64,000 bases of DNA from positions 1,056,001 to 1,120,000 of the forward strand of contig OZ245366.1 in NCBI GenBank assembly GCA_965226585.1. Reading direction: 5' to 3'. Shown here piece after piece: positions 13,051 to 22,431 of the stretch (position 1 is the first letter of the stretch; each line of letters begins with the position of its first letter). The notes beneath the pieces were generated by a model, which was given only the letters and a program-made list of their open reading frames with translations, had not been told where the DNA came from and did no database searches. The position numbers and the translations under genes were made by a program. The stretch comes from Thermodesulfobacteriota bacterium. GTDB lineage: Bacteria > Desulfobacterota_D > UBA1144 > Nemesobacterales > Mycalebacteriaceae.

Positions 13051-14034
13051 TCAGGGATTCACTACCACTTTTCCGAACAGACTAGCGTTTTCAAGAGCCC
13101 TGTGCGCTTCGGGAAGTTCGGAAAGCGGAACCGTTTTGCCAATAACTGGCACAAGCGTTCCGCCGGCAATCATGTCAACCGTGTCTTTGAGAATGGACTG
13201 CGGAGAGTTGAAAACCGTAACGCCGGAAATGTTTATGTCTCTCATTATCACGGGGCCTATGGAAACCTGCTCCACAACGCCGCCGCCCACAACACCGACA
13301 AGCAAAAGCCGTCCGCCGGGCTTGAGAATCTTCATGTTCTTTTCCCAGTAGGACGCGCCCACAGGGTCGAAAATCATATCAACGCCGCCCTTTATCACTT
13401 CAGAAAAATCATCGGTTTTGTAGTTGACAACCTCATCCGCGCCGAGGTTTTTCGCCTTCTCAAGTTTCTCGTCCGTGCCCGCGGTCGCTATCACTTTCGC
13501 GCCGAGATGCTTGGCAACCTGTATGGTCGCCGTTCCCGTTCCGCTGCCCGCCGCATGTATGACAACGGTTTCGCCTTTTTTCAATCCGCCCCTGTTCACA
13601 AGCCCGTAAACCGCCGTCACATAGCAGATGGGAAGCACGGCGGCGTCATCGTGGGAAAGACCGTCGGGAATCTTGCAGATGTTCTTTGCCGGAACGCTTA
13701 CGTATTCGGCAAACCCCCCGTGTCTGTTTGAACCGATAATGCTGAGCCCCTTCTCGCCCCGGACGGCGGGATTGACAACAACGCGGTCTCCCGCGCCAAC
13801 CCCTTCCACCCCGCTTCCGGTTTCCTCAACAACACCGGAAATGTCTATGCCCCCTATGTGGGGAAGGTCAACCGGACGCGGCGACTTGCCCGACCTGAGC
13901 CTCGTATCAAGCGAGTTCATCGCGCATGATTTCACCCTTATAAGCGCTTCGCCCTCTCCGGGTGAAGGCGTCTCCACATCCTCGTATTTGATAACATCGG
14001 CTTCACCGAATTCGTGATATATCCCTGCTTTCAT
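13051..14034 (-). CDS. MDR-family NADPH:quinone oxidoreductase / zinc-binding dehydrogenase
   Basis: GroES-like N-terminus, GGFAEY, HAAGSGTG nucleotide-binding loop, GKVVV. Confidence 0.88.
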   Translation of the reverse strand: MKAGIYHEFGEADVIKYEDVETPSPGEGEALIRVKSCAMNSLDTRLRSGKSPRPVDLPHIGGIDISGVVEETGSGVEGVGAGDRVVVNPAVRGEKGLSIIGSNRHGGFAEYVSVPAKNICKIPDGLSHDDAAVLPICYVTAVYGLVNRGGLKKGETVVIHAAGSGTGTATIQVAKHLGAKVIATAGTDEKLEKAKNLGADEVVNYKTDDFSEVIKGGVDMIFDPVGASYWEKNMKILKPGGRLLLVGVVGGGVVEQVSIGPVIMRDINISGVTVFNSPQSILKDTVDMIAGGTLVPVIGKTVPLSELPEAHRALENASLFGKVVVNP

Positions 14035-14118
14035 GAAAATCTCCTTTTGGTTTTGGTTTGCGAAATATACGCTATATCCGCCAAAAGACACGCAAGAAAA
14101 CGCCGTCCGCAAGAGGCG

Positions 14119-15066
14119 TCAGTCCGCGCCTTTGCCGGCGAGCGTCCAGAGAACTTCCGCCACGCTTGTCTGCAAAGACCAGAGGTCGTAGCCGCCTTCA
14201 AGGAAAAACGCCAGTCTGCCGCCGCAAATGTCGCGGGCAAGCGTGTGGACTTCCGCCGTAAGCGCGCCGAAACATTCGCTTGTAAGATTCATACCGGCAA
14301 GCGGGTCTGCCCTGTGCGCGTCAAAACCGGCGGACACAAGAATTATGTCCGGTTTGTATTTGCGCGCGGCGGGGGCAAGGCGGTTTTTGAATATGTCAAT
14401 ATACGCGCCGTCATCCTGCCCGGCGGGAAGAGTAATGTTCAGATTGCATCCCGCCCCTTCTCCGCTTCCGGTTTCGTCCGCGCTTCCGGTGCCGGGAAAA
14501 GCCGGATGCTGGTGAACGGAAAAATAGAAAACATCGCCCCTTGTGTAAAAACTGTTCTGCGTTCCGTTGCCGTGATGCACATCCCAGTCAACTATCATAA
14601 CGCGGCCGAGCCCGCGCTCTTTGAGGGCGAACTCCGCCGCAACCGCCACATTGTTGAAGAAGCAGAAACCCATTGCCCTGTCGCGCTCCGCGTGATGCCC
14701 GGGCGGACGGCAGAACGCGAATGCCGGACTTCCGTCCGCCGCCTCACGGCATGCCGCAACCGCCGCTCCGGCGGAACGGACGGCGGCTCGCCAGCTTCCT
14801 TCAATGGTGGCTGTGTCCTGATCAATTTGGCGAAACGGCTGTCCGTCTGTCGCCTCTATGGACTTCACATAGCCGCTTGTGTGAACCCGCGCTATCTGTT
14901 CGGCGGTCGCGTCATCAAACGGCTTTTTTTCGGTAACGGATAAAACGCTTTCAGTTTTCAGAAGTGAATCTATCGCCGCTATTCTCTCAGGGCTTTCGGG
15001 ATGCATGGGCCCGTTTTCGTGGCGCGCGCAAACCTCAGCATCTATAAAAACCGGTATTTTTTCCAT
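14119..15066 (-). CDS. Histone deacetylase family protein
   Basis: HPESPER, RPPGHHA, GFCFFNN, DWDVHHGNGTQ, SAGFD, LEGGY. Confidence 0.95.
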   Translation of the reverse strand: MEKIPVFIDAEVCARHENGPMHPESPERIAAIDSLLKTESVLSVTEKKPFDDATAEQIARVHTSGYVKSIEATDGQPFRQIDQDTATIEGSWRAAVRSAGAAVAACREAADGSPAFAFCRPPGHHAERDRAMGFCFFNNVAVAAEFALKERGLGRVMIVDWDVHHGNGTQNSFYTRGDVFYFSVHQHPAFPGTGSADETGSGEGAGCNLNITLPAGQDDGAYIDIFKNRLAPAARKYKPDIILVSAGFDAHRADPLAGMNLTSECFGALTAEVHTLARDICGGRLAFFLEGGYDLWSLQTSVAEVLWTLAGKGAD

Positions 15067-15109
15067 AATGAAAAATAAACATAACAGGCGGAGAATAAAA
15101 TCTTTAATC

Positions 15110-15137
15110 TTTACAAAAAAACGCGCTTTGTTATAAT
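15110..15137 (+). promoter_or_regulatory. Putative sigma70 promoter of rpmE2
   Basis: TTTACA (15110-15115), 16 nt spacer, TG-n-TATAAT (15132-15137). Confidence 0.55.
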
Positions 15138-15164
15138 CAGTCGCTCCCGCAGGGAGAGAAAAAA

Positions 15165-15413
15165 ATGAAGAAAGACATTCACCCCGAATACCGCCCGGTT
15201 GTTTTCAGAGACCCGTCTTCGGATTTCTCAATCCTCACAAGGTCAACGAAAACCTCAGACAAAACCGTCAAGTGGGAAGACGGCAACGAATACCCGCTTA
15301 TAACGGTTGAGGTTTCAAGCAGTTCGCACCCTTTCTTCACCGGCAGGGAACAGCAGTTCGCCAAAGAAAGCCGCGTGGAGAAGTTCCGCAAAAAATACGG
15401 CTCTTCCGAATAA
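15165..15413 (+). CDS. rpmE2: 50S ribosomal protein L31 type B
   Basis: [35 protein letters not shown]; no Zn-binding cysteines. Confidence 0.95.
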   Translation: MKKDIHPEYRPVVFRDPSSDFSILTRSTKTSDKTVKWEDGNEYPLITVEVSSSSHPFFTGREQQFAKESRVEKFRKKYGSSE

Positions 15414-15435
15414 TCCGCGCAAGCGGTTTCAAGTT

Positions 15436-15900
15436 TTACAAGTTGGACGCTTTGAGATAGTCAACCACATCCTGCTGGATTGACTCGTCCACCATTTCGC
15501 GCCATTGGTCTGCGCCGTCTTTGATTGAATCCCTTATTTTTGTGGCGGATATCCACCCGATATTTTCGGGAGGGAAAAACTCGTTCATCTCGTATCCGAC
15601 CCCTCTTCCCCAGTTGACCGACTCTATGTCGGGAATTTTCATCACCTCAACGTCATCGCCCTTGCTCTTGTGATATTTGCTTATCATGTCTATGGTCTGT
15701 TCGGTTGTGAACGGGTTTTTCGGGTCGGGCGCAATGTCGCGCACCATTATCAGGCACGGAACGCCCTTGTCCAGTTTCTGCTGAACAAGACTTATGTGCC
15801 CCTGATGATACGGCTGATACCTTCCGATGAAGATTGCCCTTTTTGATTTCGCGGGCTGAATTTCGGGGTGCCCGTGATTTGTAACTTTCCATTCTGACAT
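15436..15900 (-). CDS. HxGH nucleotidyltransferase (cytidylyltransferase-like)
   Basis: FIGRYQPYHQGH, NPF, ISATKIR; GGAG SD before ATG 15900. Confidence 0.8.
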   Translation of the reverse strand: MSEWKVTNHGHPEIQPAKSKRAIFIGRYQPYHQGHISLVQQKLDKGVPCLIMVRDIAPDPKNPFTTEQTIDMISKYHKSKGDDVEVMKIPDIESVNWGRGVGYEMNEFFPPENIGWISATKIRDSIKDGADQWREMVDESIQQDVVDYLKASNL

Positions 15901-15973
15901 CTGTTTTCTCCTTTGCGGAATTTTTTGAGAGACCAATTCTACAGGTATTCAGACAAGTTTCAAAAAAATGAAA

Positions 15974-16049
15974 TGGCTCCGGCGGAGGGATTCGAACCCC
16001 CGACCTAGTGGTTAACAGCCACCCGCTCTGCCAACTGAGCTACACCGGA
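15974..16049 (-). tRNA. tRNA-Asn (GTT)
   Basis: Reverse complement TCCGGTG..AGCTCAGTTGGCAGAGC..GTGGCT-GTT-AACCAC..GGTTCGAATCC..CGCCGGAGCCA; 76 nt with encoded CCA. Confidence 0.97.
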
Positions 16050-16079
16050 ACAGCAAAGATATGTTAAATTATATGCCCG

Positions 16080-16991
16080 ATGAAAGACAGTCAAGAAAGA
16101 CCGGAAAATGCCGAGAAAATGCCGAAAAAGGCAAAAAAATCATCGGCTCTGGTTCCCGCCTCCCCGCTTCAGAGATATATTGCGGAAATAGCGTCTCATC
16201 CCATTCTTTCGGGCGAAGAAGAGCGCGAACTCGCCGCCCTGTACAGAAAAACTGGCGACATTGAAGCCGCGCGCAAACTGGTTGCCTCAAACTTGCGGTT
16301 TGTCGTCAAAGTTTCCGGGGAGTACAAAAACTACGGCATCAGCACAATGGACATCATACAGGAGGGAAACCTCGGACTTATGCAGGCGGTAAAGCGATTT
16401 GACCCGACAAAGGGTTACCGCCTTATCTCCTACGCTGTCTGGTGGATAAAGGCGTATATCACAAAACACGTAATGGACAGCTGGAGCCTTGTGAGAGTTG
16501 GCACGGGCAGGGAGCAGAGGAAACTCTTTTACAAACTGCGCTCTACAACCGGAAAGATTGAGGGCGCGGGAGAGAAGGCGACAACGGAAGAGCTTGCGGG
16601 CGAACTGGGCGTTTCCGAACAGAGCGTTTCAGAGATGAAGCAGATTATGAGTTCAAGGGATATGTCTCTGCACTCCCCCGTGCGGAATGATGCGGAGCAG
16701 GCGCGAATGGACTTTCTCGCCGACAGCGGCGAAGGGCAGGAAGCCGGTTTTGAGCGCGCGGAGATAAGGGGAATTGTTCGGAAAAACATGGGCAAGGCGA
16801 TTGAAAAACTGGGCGAAAAAGAGCAGTACATCGTCCGGAGCAGACTGCTCAGCGAAAGCCCCGAAACCCTTGACACCATCGGAAACAAGTTTGGAATTTC
16901 ACGGGAAAGGGTGCGGCAGATAGAAAAAGCCGCGCTTAAAAAACTGAAAAAAGAGTTTAAGAAACACGGCATAACCGCCGGTGTGTCTTAG
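16080..16991 (+). CDS. rpoH: RpoH (sigma32)-like RNA polymerase sigma factor
   Basis: SNLRFVV, DIIQEGNLGLM, YAVWWIKA, RpoH-box-like QRKLFYKLR, SRERVRQIE. Confidence 0.8.
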   Translation: MKDSQERPENAEKMPKKAKKSSALVPASPLQRYIAEIASHPILSGEEERELAALYRKTGDIEAARKLVASNLRFVVKVSGEYKNYGISTMDIIQEGNLGLMQAVKRFDPTKGYRLISYAVWWIKAYITKHVMDSWSLVRVGTGREQRKLFYKLRSTTGKIEGAGEKATTEELAGELGVSEQSVSEMKQIMSSRDMSLHSPVRNDAEQARMDFLADSGEGQEAGFERAEIRGIVRKNMGKAIEKLGEKEQYIVRSRLLSESPETLDTIGNKFGISRERVRQIEKAALKKLKKEFKKHGITAGVS

Positions 16992-19612
16992 GATTTTGAG
17001 AGTGATTCCACTATTTCAGACGCTTTGCTGACGGCAGATTCCATGCCTGCGGGATTGTCTCCGCCCGCCTGCGCGAGCACGGGTTTTCCGCCTCCCCTGC
17101 CGCCGATAAGCGGCGCTATCTCTTTAACGATGTTCCCCGCGTGAACCCTGCCCGACAAGTCTTTTGTAACCCCGACAAGAACAAACGCCTTTCCGTCAAG
17201 AGAGCCGCCGAGCGCGGCAACGCCGCTTTTTATTTTCACGCGAATTTTGTCCCACACCTCTCTCAACTCTCCGGGCCCGCAGTCGGGAAACTCACGGGCA
17301 AAAAACTTTATGCCGTTCATCTCCACGGCGCCGGAAAGCGCCTCATCCATATCCTCTGAAATCGCGCTTTTTCTGAAATCGCCCACCTGTTTTTCAAGCT
17401 CTTCGTTGCGGCCGAGAAGTTTGTCAATCCTTTCGCCAACCGATGACTGCGAAACCCCAAGCGCCTTTGCCGCCCGCGCAAGCGTCTGTTCGTTCTCCGC
17501 CGCCCTCGCCCTTGCCGCCGCGCCGCAAACGGCTTCTATTCTTCTCACTCCCGCGCTTGATGACGACTGCGAGATAACGGTGAACATTCCCGCCGCGCCC
17601 GCGTTTTTGAGATGTGTTCCGCCGCACAGTTCAACGCTGTAATCGCCGATTGACACAACCCTCACACGGTCGCCGTATTTCTCCTCAAATATCGCCATCG
17701 CCCCGCTGCCGAGAGCTTCATCGTAGGGAACATCCGTTTTTGTGGCAACCTCGTCCGCGAGCGCGATCTTTTCGTTCACTTCGTTTTCAATCGCCGCCAA
17801 CTCTTCCGCGCTTATGCGCGAGTGGTGCGTAAAGTCAAAACGCAGGCGGTCGGGAGCCACAAGCGAACCGGCTTGCGTAACGTGAGTTCCGAGATGTTTT
17901 CTGAGAACCGCGTGCAGAATATGTGTGGCGGTGTGATGGGCGCAGGCGGCGGCGCGGCGGTCTTTGTCAACCGTCAGGCGAACCGTGTCTCCGGCGGCTA
18001 TCTCCCCTTTTTCAATAACGGCGCGGTGGCTTACAACTCCCGCCGCGGGTTTTGTTGTGTCAATCACCCTTGCCGAAAAACCTTCCCCTTCAATGGTTCC
18101 GTTGTCGCCAGTCTGTCCGCCGGAGTTCGCGTAGAAAGGAGTGCGGTCTGTAACTATCTCCACCTCGCCATCTTCCGGCGGCGCGACAAGAACAACCTTC
18201 GCGGACTCTTCGGTGGAATCGTATCCGGTAAACGCGGTGGAAAATCCTCCTGAAACAAGGGAGGAATAGTCTGCCGAGTCTGCGTCCGTCTCGCCGCCTT
18301 TCCACGACTTTCTTGACTGCTCTTTCTGCGCGTTCATCTCTTTCTCAAAGCCGTCTTCATCAATACCTATTCCGCGCCCTCTGAGAACGTCTTGTGTCAA
18401 ATCAAGCGGAAAGCCGTATGTGTCATAAAGTTTGAACGCGATTTTTCCGGGCAGTTTGCCGTTTTTGGAAAGTTTTTTGACTTCGGTTTCAAGTATCTCA
18501 AGCCCTCTGTCAACGGTTTCAAGAAACCTTTCCTCTTCGGCTTCCACAATCTGCCGTGAGAATTCGGCTTTTTCTTTCAGTTCGGGATACGCGTTTGCCA
18601 TTGTTGCGGTTACGGCGTCAAGGGTTTTGAAAAGAAACGGCTCGTTTATTCCGAGATTTTTAGCGTGCCGCACGGCGCGTCTGATGATTCTTCTGAGCAC
18701 GTACCCTCTGCCTTCGTTTGAGGGAAACACGCCGTCTGCGATAAGAAAACACGCGGCGCGAGAGTGATCCGCTATCACGCGCATACTGCTGTCTGCCGCT
18801 CCGCCCTTTCCGTCTGCGTACTTTGTGTTTGATATTTCTTCAACGCTTGAGACAACGGGGCGCAGAAGGTCTGTTTCGTAGTTGCTTGGCGCGCCCTGTA
18901 TCACGGCGGCTACGCGTTCAAGACCCATTCCCGTGTCTATGCTTGGGCGCGGAAGCGGTGTCATTTCGCCGGATTCGTCTCTTTCGTATTGCATAAAAAC
19001 GAGGTTCCACAGTTCAAGGTATCTGTCGCAGTCACAGCCGGGGGCGCATTCTTTGCGTCCGCATCCGGCTTTTTCCCCTTGGTCTATCAGGATTTCCGAG
19101 CAGGGCCCGCAAGGTCCCACATTTCCCATAGACCAGAAATTGCTTTCATCTCCCATTGGCAGTATGCGGGATTTCGCGAGTCCGGTTTCCTTGCGCCATA
19201 TTTCCGCCGCCTCTTCATCGTTTTTATGGACGGTAATCCAAAGTTTGTTTTTCGGGAGTTTGAAAACGTTTGTTACAAGGTCCCACCCGAAGCGGACGGC
19301 GTCTTCCTTGAAGTAGTCGCCGAAGGAGAAGTTGCCGAGCATTTCGAAAAAGGTGTGATGGCGTGCTGTGTAGCCGACGTTATCAAGGTCGTTGTGTTTT
19401 CCGCCTGCTCTCATGCATTTCTGTGAGGTAACAGCGCGTTTTGACGGAGATTTTTCAAGTCCGAGAAAAACGTTTTTGAACTGCACCATTCCCGCGTTGG
19501 CAAAAAGCAGTGTCTGGTCTTGGGCGGGAACAAGGGGTGAGCTTCTGATGCGTTTATGTCCCTTGTCTTCAAAGTATGAAATGAAGGCTTCCCTTATTTC
19601 ATTTCCGGTCAT
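16988..19612 (-). CDS. alaS: Alanine--tRNA ligase
   Basis: LLFANAGM, HHTFFEMLGNFSFGDYFK, DTGMGLER, HTATH, ELCGGTH, GGGK. Confidence 0.98.
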   Translation of the reverse strand: MTGNEIREAFISYFEDKGHKRIRSSPLVPAQDQTLLFANAGMVQFKNVFLGLEKSPSKRAVTSQKCMRAGGKHNDLDNVGYTARHHTFFEMLGNFSFGDYFKEDAVRFGWDLVTNVFKLPKNKLWITVHKNDEEAAEIWRKETGLAKSRILPMGDESNFWSMGNVGPCGPCSEILIDQGEKAGCGRKECAPGCDCDRYLELWNLVFMQYERDESGEMTPLPRPSIDTGMGLERVAAVIQGAPSNYETDLLRPVVSSVEEISNTKYADGKGGAADSSMRVIADHSRAACFLIADGVFPSNEGRGYVLRRIIRRAVRHAKNLGINEPFLFKTLDAVTATMANAYPELKEKAEFSRQIVEAEEERFLETVDRGLEILETEVKKLSKNGKLPGKIAFKLYDTYGFPLDLTQDVLRGRGIGIDEDGFEKEMNAQKEQSRKSWKGGETDADSADYSSLVSGGFSTAFTGYDSTEESAKVVLVAPPEDGEVEIVTDRTPFYANSGGQTGDNGTIEGEGFSARVIDTTKPAAGVVSHRAVIEKGEIAAGDTVRLTVDKDRRAAACAHHTATHILHAVLRKHLGTHVTQAGSLVAPDRLRFDFTHHSRISAEELAAIENEVNEKIALADEVATKTDVPYDEALGSGAMAIFEEKYGDRVRVVSIGDYSVELCGGTHLKNAGAAGMFTVISQSSSSAGVRRIEAVCGAAARARAAENEQTLARAAKALGVSQSSVGERIDKLLGRNEELEKQVGDFRKSAISEDMDEALSGAVEMNGIKFFAREFPDCGPGELREVWDKIRVKIKSGVAALGGSLDGKAFVLVGVTKDLSGRVHAGNIVKEIAPLIGGRGGGKPVLAQAGGDNPAGMESAVSKASEIVESLSKS

Positions 19613-19694
19613 GGTTTTGCCTTTGTTCCGGCGGGCGCGTGTTTGTGTTCGCGGCCGGTGTGTTCAGTTGGTCGGGTTTTGCGAAATATGGGAG

Positions 19695-19949
19695 TCACTC
19701 CGCCGGTGAGACAACGGAAACGGTTTTTCTTTTGCCTTTGCGGAACTTCACAACGCCGTCTGCGAGCGCGAACAGTGTCCAGTCGCGTCCGGTGCCGACA
19801 TTGTCGCCCGCGTGGAAGGATGTTCCCCTTTGTCTGACGATGATATTTCCGGCTTTGACGGTTTCGCCGCCGAACTTTTTCACGCCGAGCCGTTTGCCCG
19901 CCGAATCTCTTCCGTTTTTAGAACTTCCGCCGCCTTTTTTAGTGGACAT
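19695..19949 (-). CDS. rpmA: 50S ribosomal protein L27
   Basis: [23 protein letters not shown]. Confidence 0.97.
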   Translation of the reverse strand: MSTKKGGGSSKNGRDSAGKRLGVKKFGGETVKAGNIIVRQRGTSFHAGDNVGTGRDWTLFALADGVVKFRKGKRKTVSVVSPAE

Positions 19950-19961
19950 GGTTTCCCCGTT

Positions 19962-20279
19962 TTATCCTTTGATATCGGTTATACGAACCGATGTGTAGTT
20001 TTGTCTGTGCCCTGCTTTGCGTCTGTATCCTTTGCGTCTTTTGAATTTGAAGACGATAATTTTCGAGCCGCGTTTATGGGCGACGATTTCGCCTTTAACC
20101 TCAGCGCCGCCGACAACCGGAGTGCCGATTTTCGCTTCGCCTTCGCCGTCAGAAACCATAAGAACATCGGAAAACCCGACCGCCTCACCCGGCTTGCCGT
20201 CGATTTTCTCAATATCCACAACGTCTCCCGACTTAACGAGATACTGTTTACTGCCTGTTCTTATAACCGCCTGTTGCAT
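19962..20279 (-). CDS. rplU: 50S ribosomal protein L21
   Basis: [26 protein letters not shown]; upstream of rpmA. Confidence 0.97.
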   Translation of the reverse strand: MQQAVIRTGSKQYLVKSGDVVDIEKIDGKPGEAVGFSDVLMVSDGEGEAKIGTPVVGGAEVKGEIVAHKRGSKIIVFKFKRRKGYRRKAGHRQNYTSVRITDIKG

Positions 20280-20305
20280 TGCAATTGCTCCGCTTTGGAG
20301 AGGGA

Positions 20306-20335
20306 ATTATGCCATAGATTAGGGGGAAGTGTCAA
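20306..20335 (-). promoter_or_regulatory. Putative sigma70 promoter of rplU-rpmA
   Basis: Minus strand TTGACA-18 nt-CATAAT, about 26 nt upstream of rplU. Confidence 0.55.
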
Positions 20336-20352
20336 ACGGGGATTGCGCTGTT

Positions 20353-20961
20353 TCAGGGCTTCCTGATGTTTTGCAGAAAATCCACGAGTATGTGGACTTT
20401 TGTGGACGGGTTGTCGGTTCCGGCTTCCTGAGAATATCTAATAGACTTCTTGGCGTTACTCTTTGCGGTTTCAACCTTATTTTTCAAAACCTCAAATATG
20501 TTCTTGTAACCCTTGTCGTAATCTCTGATGTATGTTTTCAAGTCCTGAATCACACTGTTTGCCTTTTCATACTGCCCCGTTGTGTATCTGTAGTGTAGCA
20601 AAAGCCAGTATTCAAAACAGGGAACAGAATTTATTGCGTAAAAATCTCTCTTTTGACTCAACTTGTTAAGGGACTTGTTGTAGTCAGAATGGGCATCTTT
20701 ATCAAACACACAGTAGACCTTATCAAAAGGATCACCCTCATTCTTTTCCTCTCCATAAAGTTCTTCTGCGCGTTCAACAATCTTTGAGGGAGTTGCCCCT
20801 TCCCCAACTATCTTTACATTGGTGCTGTTTAATCTGTATCTGTTCTTGAGTCCGTTGAAGTAGTTAGGCTCGGTCTTTTTGCCTTCACATACTATGAGGA
20901 TTTTTGAATAAGGTTCCCTGTTGCGTCCTCTTGAAAACCCTGTTTTTGCTCTTCTTACCAC
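20353..20961 (-). CDS. rloB: RloB-family (TOPRIM-like, AbiLii-like) protein
   Basis: ILIVCEGKKTEPNYF, VYCVFDKD, SVPCFEYWLLLHY, NPST. Confidence 0.88.
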   Translation of the reverse strand: MVRRAKTGFSRGRNREPYSKILIVCEGKKTEPNYFNGLKNRYRLNSTNVKIVGEGATPSKIVERAEELYGEEKNEGDPFDKVYCVFDKDAHSDYNKSLNKLSQKRDFYAINSVPCFEYWLLLHYRYTTGQYEKANSVIQDLKTYIRDYDKGYKNIFEVLKNKVETAKSNAKKSIRYSQEAGTDNPSTKVHILVDFLQNIRKP

Positions 20962-20970
20962 TTTAAACCT

Positions 20971-22212
20971 TTAATCTTCAGCAAAATACGGCAACGCTCC
21001 GTAACGACCTGAGAGATATGCCGATTCAATGTTTGCAACACCTTTTCGTGGGCGAAAATCTGACAGGGAATAGATACTTGTTGCTTTGTTCTTGCCTTTC
21101 TCGCAGAACCAAACTTGGTCTCTACGAAGAAATTCCTGTTTCATAATGCCCGTCTGGTGTGATGTAAAAACAAGTTGAGAGTTTTTAGGGTTCGTTTTTT
21201 CGTTGTTGAATAGATTAACCAAGAATTTCACAGTTTTAAGATGTAAACTGTTGTGTAACTCATCAACAAAAACAACATGTCCACCGGACAAACCCGCGGC
21301 AAGCACACCGGCGAGTGATATCATTTTCCGTGTTCCTTGAGACTCTTCGCCATACTCAAACTGAACCAGTTTGTCCTCTGTATTCTTGTGAAAAGTTAGA
21401 ACATTATGAATCTCTTTAGGAAATAATGACTCTTTAATAGAGTCAGGTATTCCCTCCGGGATTTTGTTGGGATCAAGCTGTTTTGTTTGCAATTTAATAT
21501 CATCAACCCCTAAATCTGCTTCTTTCAGAAATTTGAGGATGACATCTCTGCCCCTTTTCTGTTCAAGCAAAGAGAAAGTGAAACCCGGGCTCACCCCAAA
21601 AATACCCTCTACTATCAAAGTATCTTTAAACCAGTCATAGACTGGTTTAAGCTGGTCGCTATTCAACTGCACCGCCGTAGAAAGGAAAAGAGCGTTTTCG
21701 CGGGTTGAGTTCATCCATAGTTTCTTCTCACCTTTCAACAATGACCCCAAACGCCATAGGTAATCTCCTCTTTTCCACTCACGCCAAAACCAACGCTGTG
21801 TACGTCCCTCAGGGAAGGCAAACAACCACTCACTAACTACACGCTTTTTAGTTGCGGAAAAACCATACTGATAGCGAACACCTTCAGACATGAATACAAT
21901 TTCAAACTCCGTGGGTTTCTCGAGCATCTCTGTATCCAACTTGAAAGGTTCTACCGGTAAAGCATGTCCGCGATGTTTATCAAGAGAGGATTCTACCACT
22001 ATGCTCTGCATCATTTCCAAAGCAAGGCATAGGCTAGTTTTTCCCGATGCATTTGCTCCATAGATAGCAGCTGATTTCAGTAATCCTTTGTTAAAACCAC
22101 CCGTCTCAAAGGTGTGGGTCTCCTCTAACTCCTTACCTGTGGACGCAACCATGCTGAAGGTCTGCTCATCTTTGATAGACCTGAAGTTTGACACTTTGAA
22201 TTCTACAAGCAC
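20971..22212 (-). CDS. RloA/AbiLi-like AAA_21 ABC-type ATPase
   Basis: NFRSI, IYGANASGKT, ESQGT signature, VDELHNSLH, QLVFTSH, RRDQVWF, YLSGRYGALP. Confidence 0.9.
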   Translation of the reverse strand: MLVEFKVSNFRSIKDEQTFSMVASTGKELEETHTFETGGFNKGLLKSAAIYGANASGKTSLCLALEMMQSIVVESSLDKHRGHALPVEPFKLDTEMLEKPTEFEIVFMSEGVRYQYGFSATKKRVVSEWLFAFPEGRTQRWFWREWKRGDYLWRLGSLLKGEKKLWMNSTRENALFLSTAVQLNSDQLKPVYDWFKDTLIVEGIFGVSPGFTFSLLEQKRGRDVILKFLKEADLGVDDIKLQTKQLDPNKIPEGIPDSIKESLFPKEIHNVLTFHKNTEDKLVQFEYGEESQGTRKMISLAGVLAAGLSGGHVVFVDELHNSLHLKTVKFLVNLFNNEKTNPKNSQLVFTSHQTGIMKQEFLRRDQVWFCEKGKNKATSIYSLSDFRPRKGVANIESAYLSGRYGALPYFAED

Positions 22213-22431
22213 TATTTCACCCCTGTTTCAGCCGTCATTATGACAAAATACTGCAGAATTGTCCAGATAAATGGCATTGTGTCAAGTTTTCAGCGATTTG
22301 CGCCATTTCTTCAGATGATTGCTTATCTCTTGAAGACACCAAGCTGTCAAACTGTTTGCTTCTGCCAGGGGGATGCGAAACGGGGAAGGATTTGGTATCA
22401 TAAACTTCTAATCTTTAAGGACTGTTAAGCT

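Noticed and set aside
14014..14943. 309-aa + strand ORF
   Set aside because: Antisense shadow of the deacetylase gene
15974..16049. tRNA-Asn as the attachment site of an integrated element
   Set aside because: No duplicated tRNA 3' end or integrase found in the window by eye
22240..22428. 62-aa ORF between rloA and mod
   Set aside because: No SD or motif; it occupies the divergent promoter region
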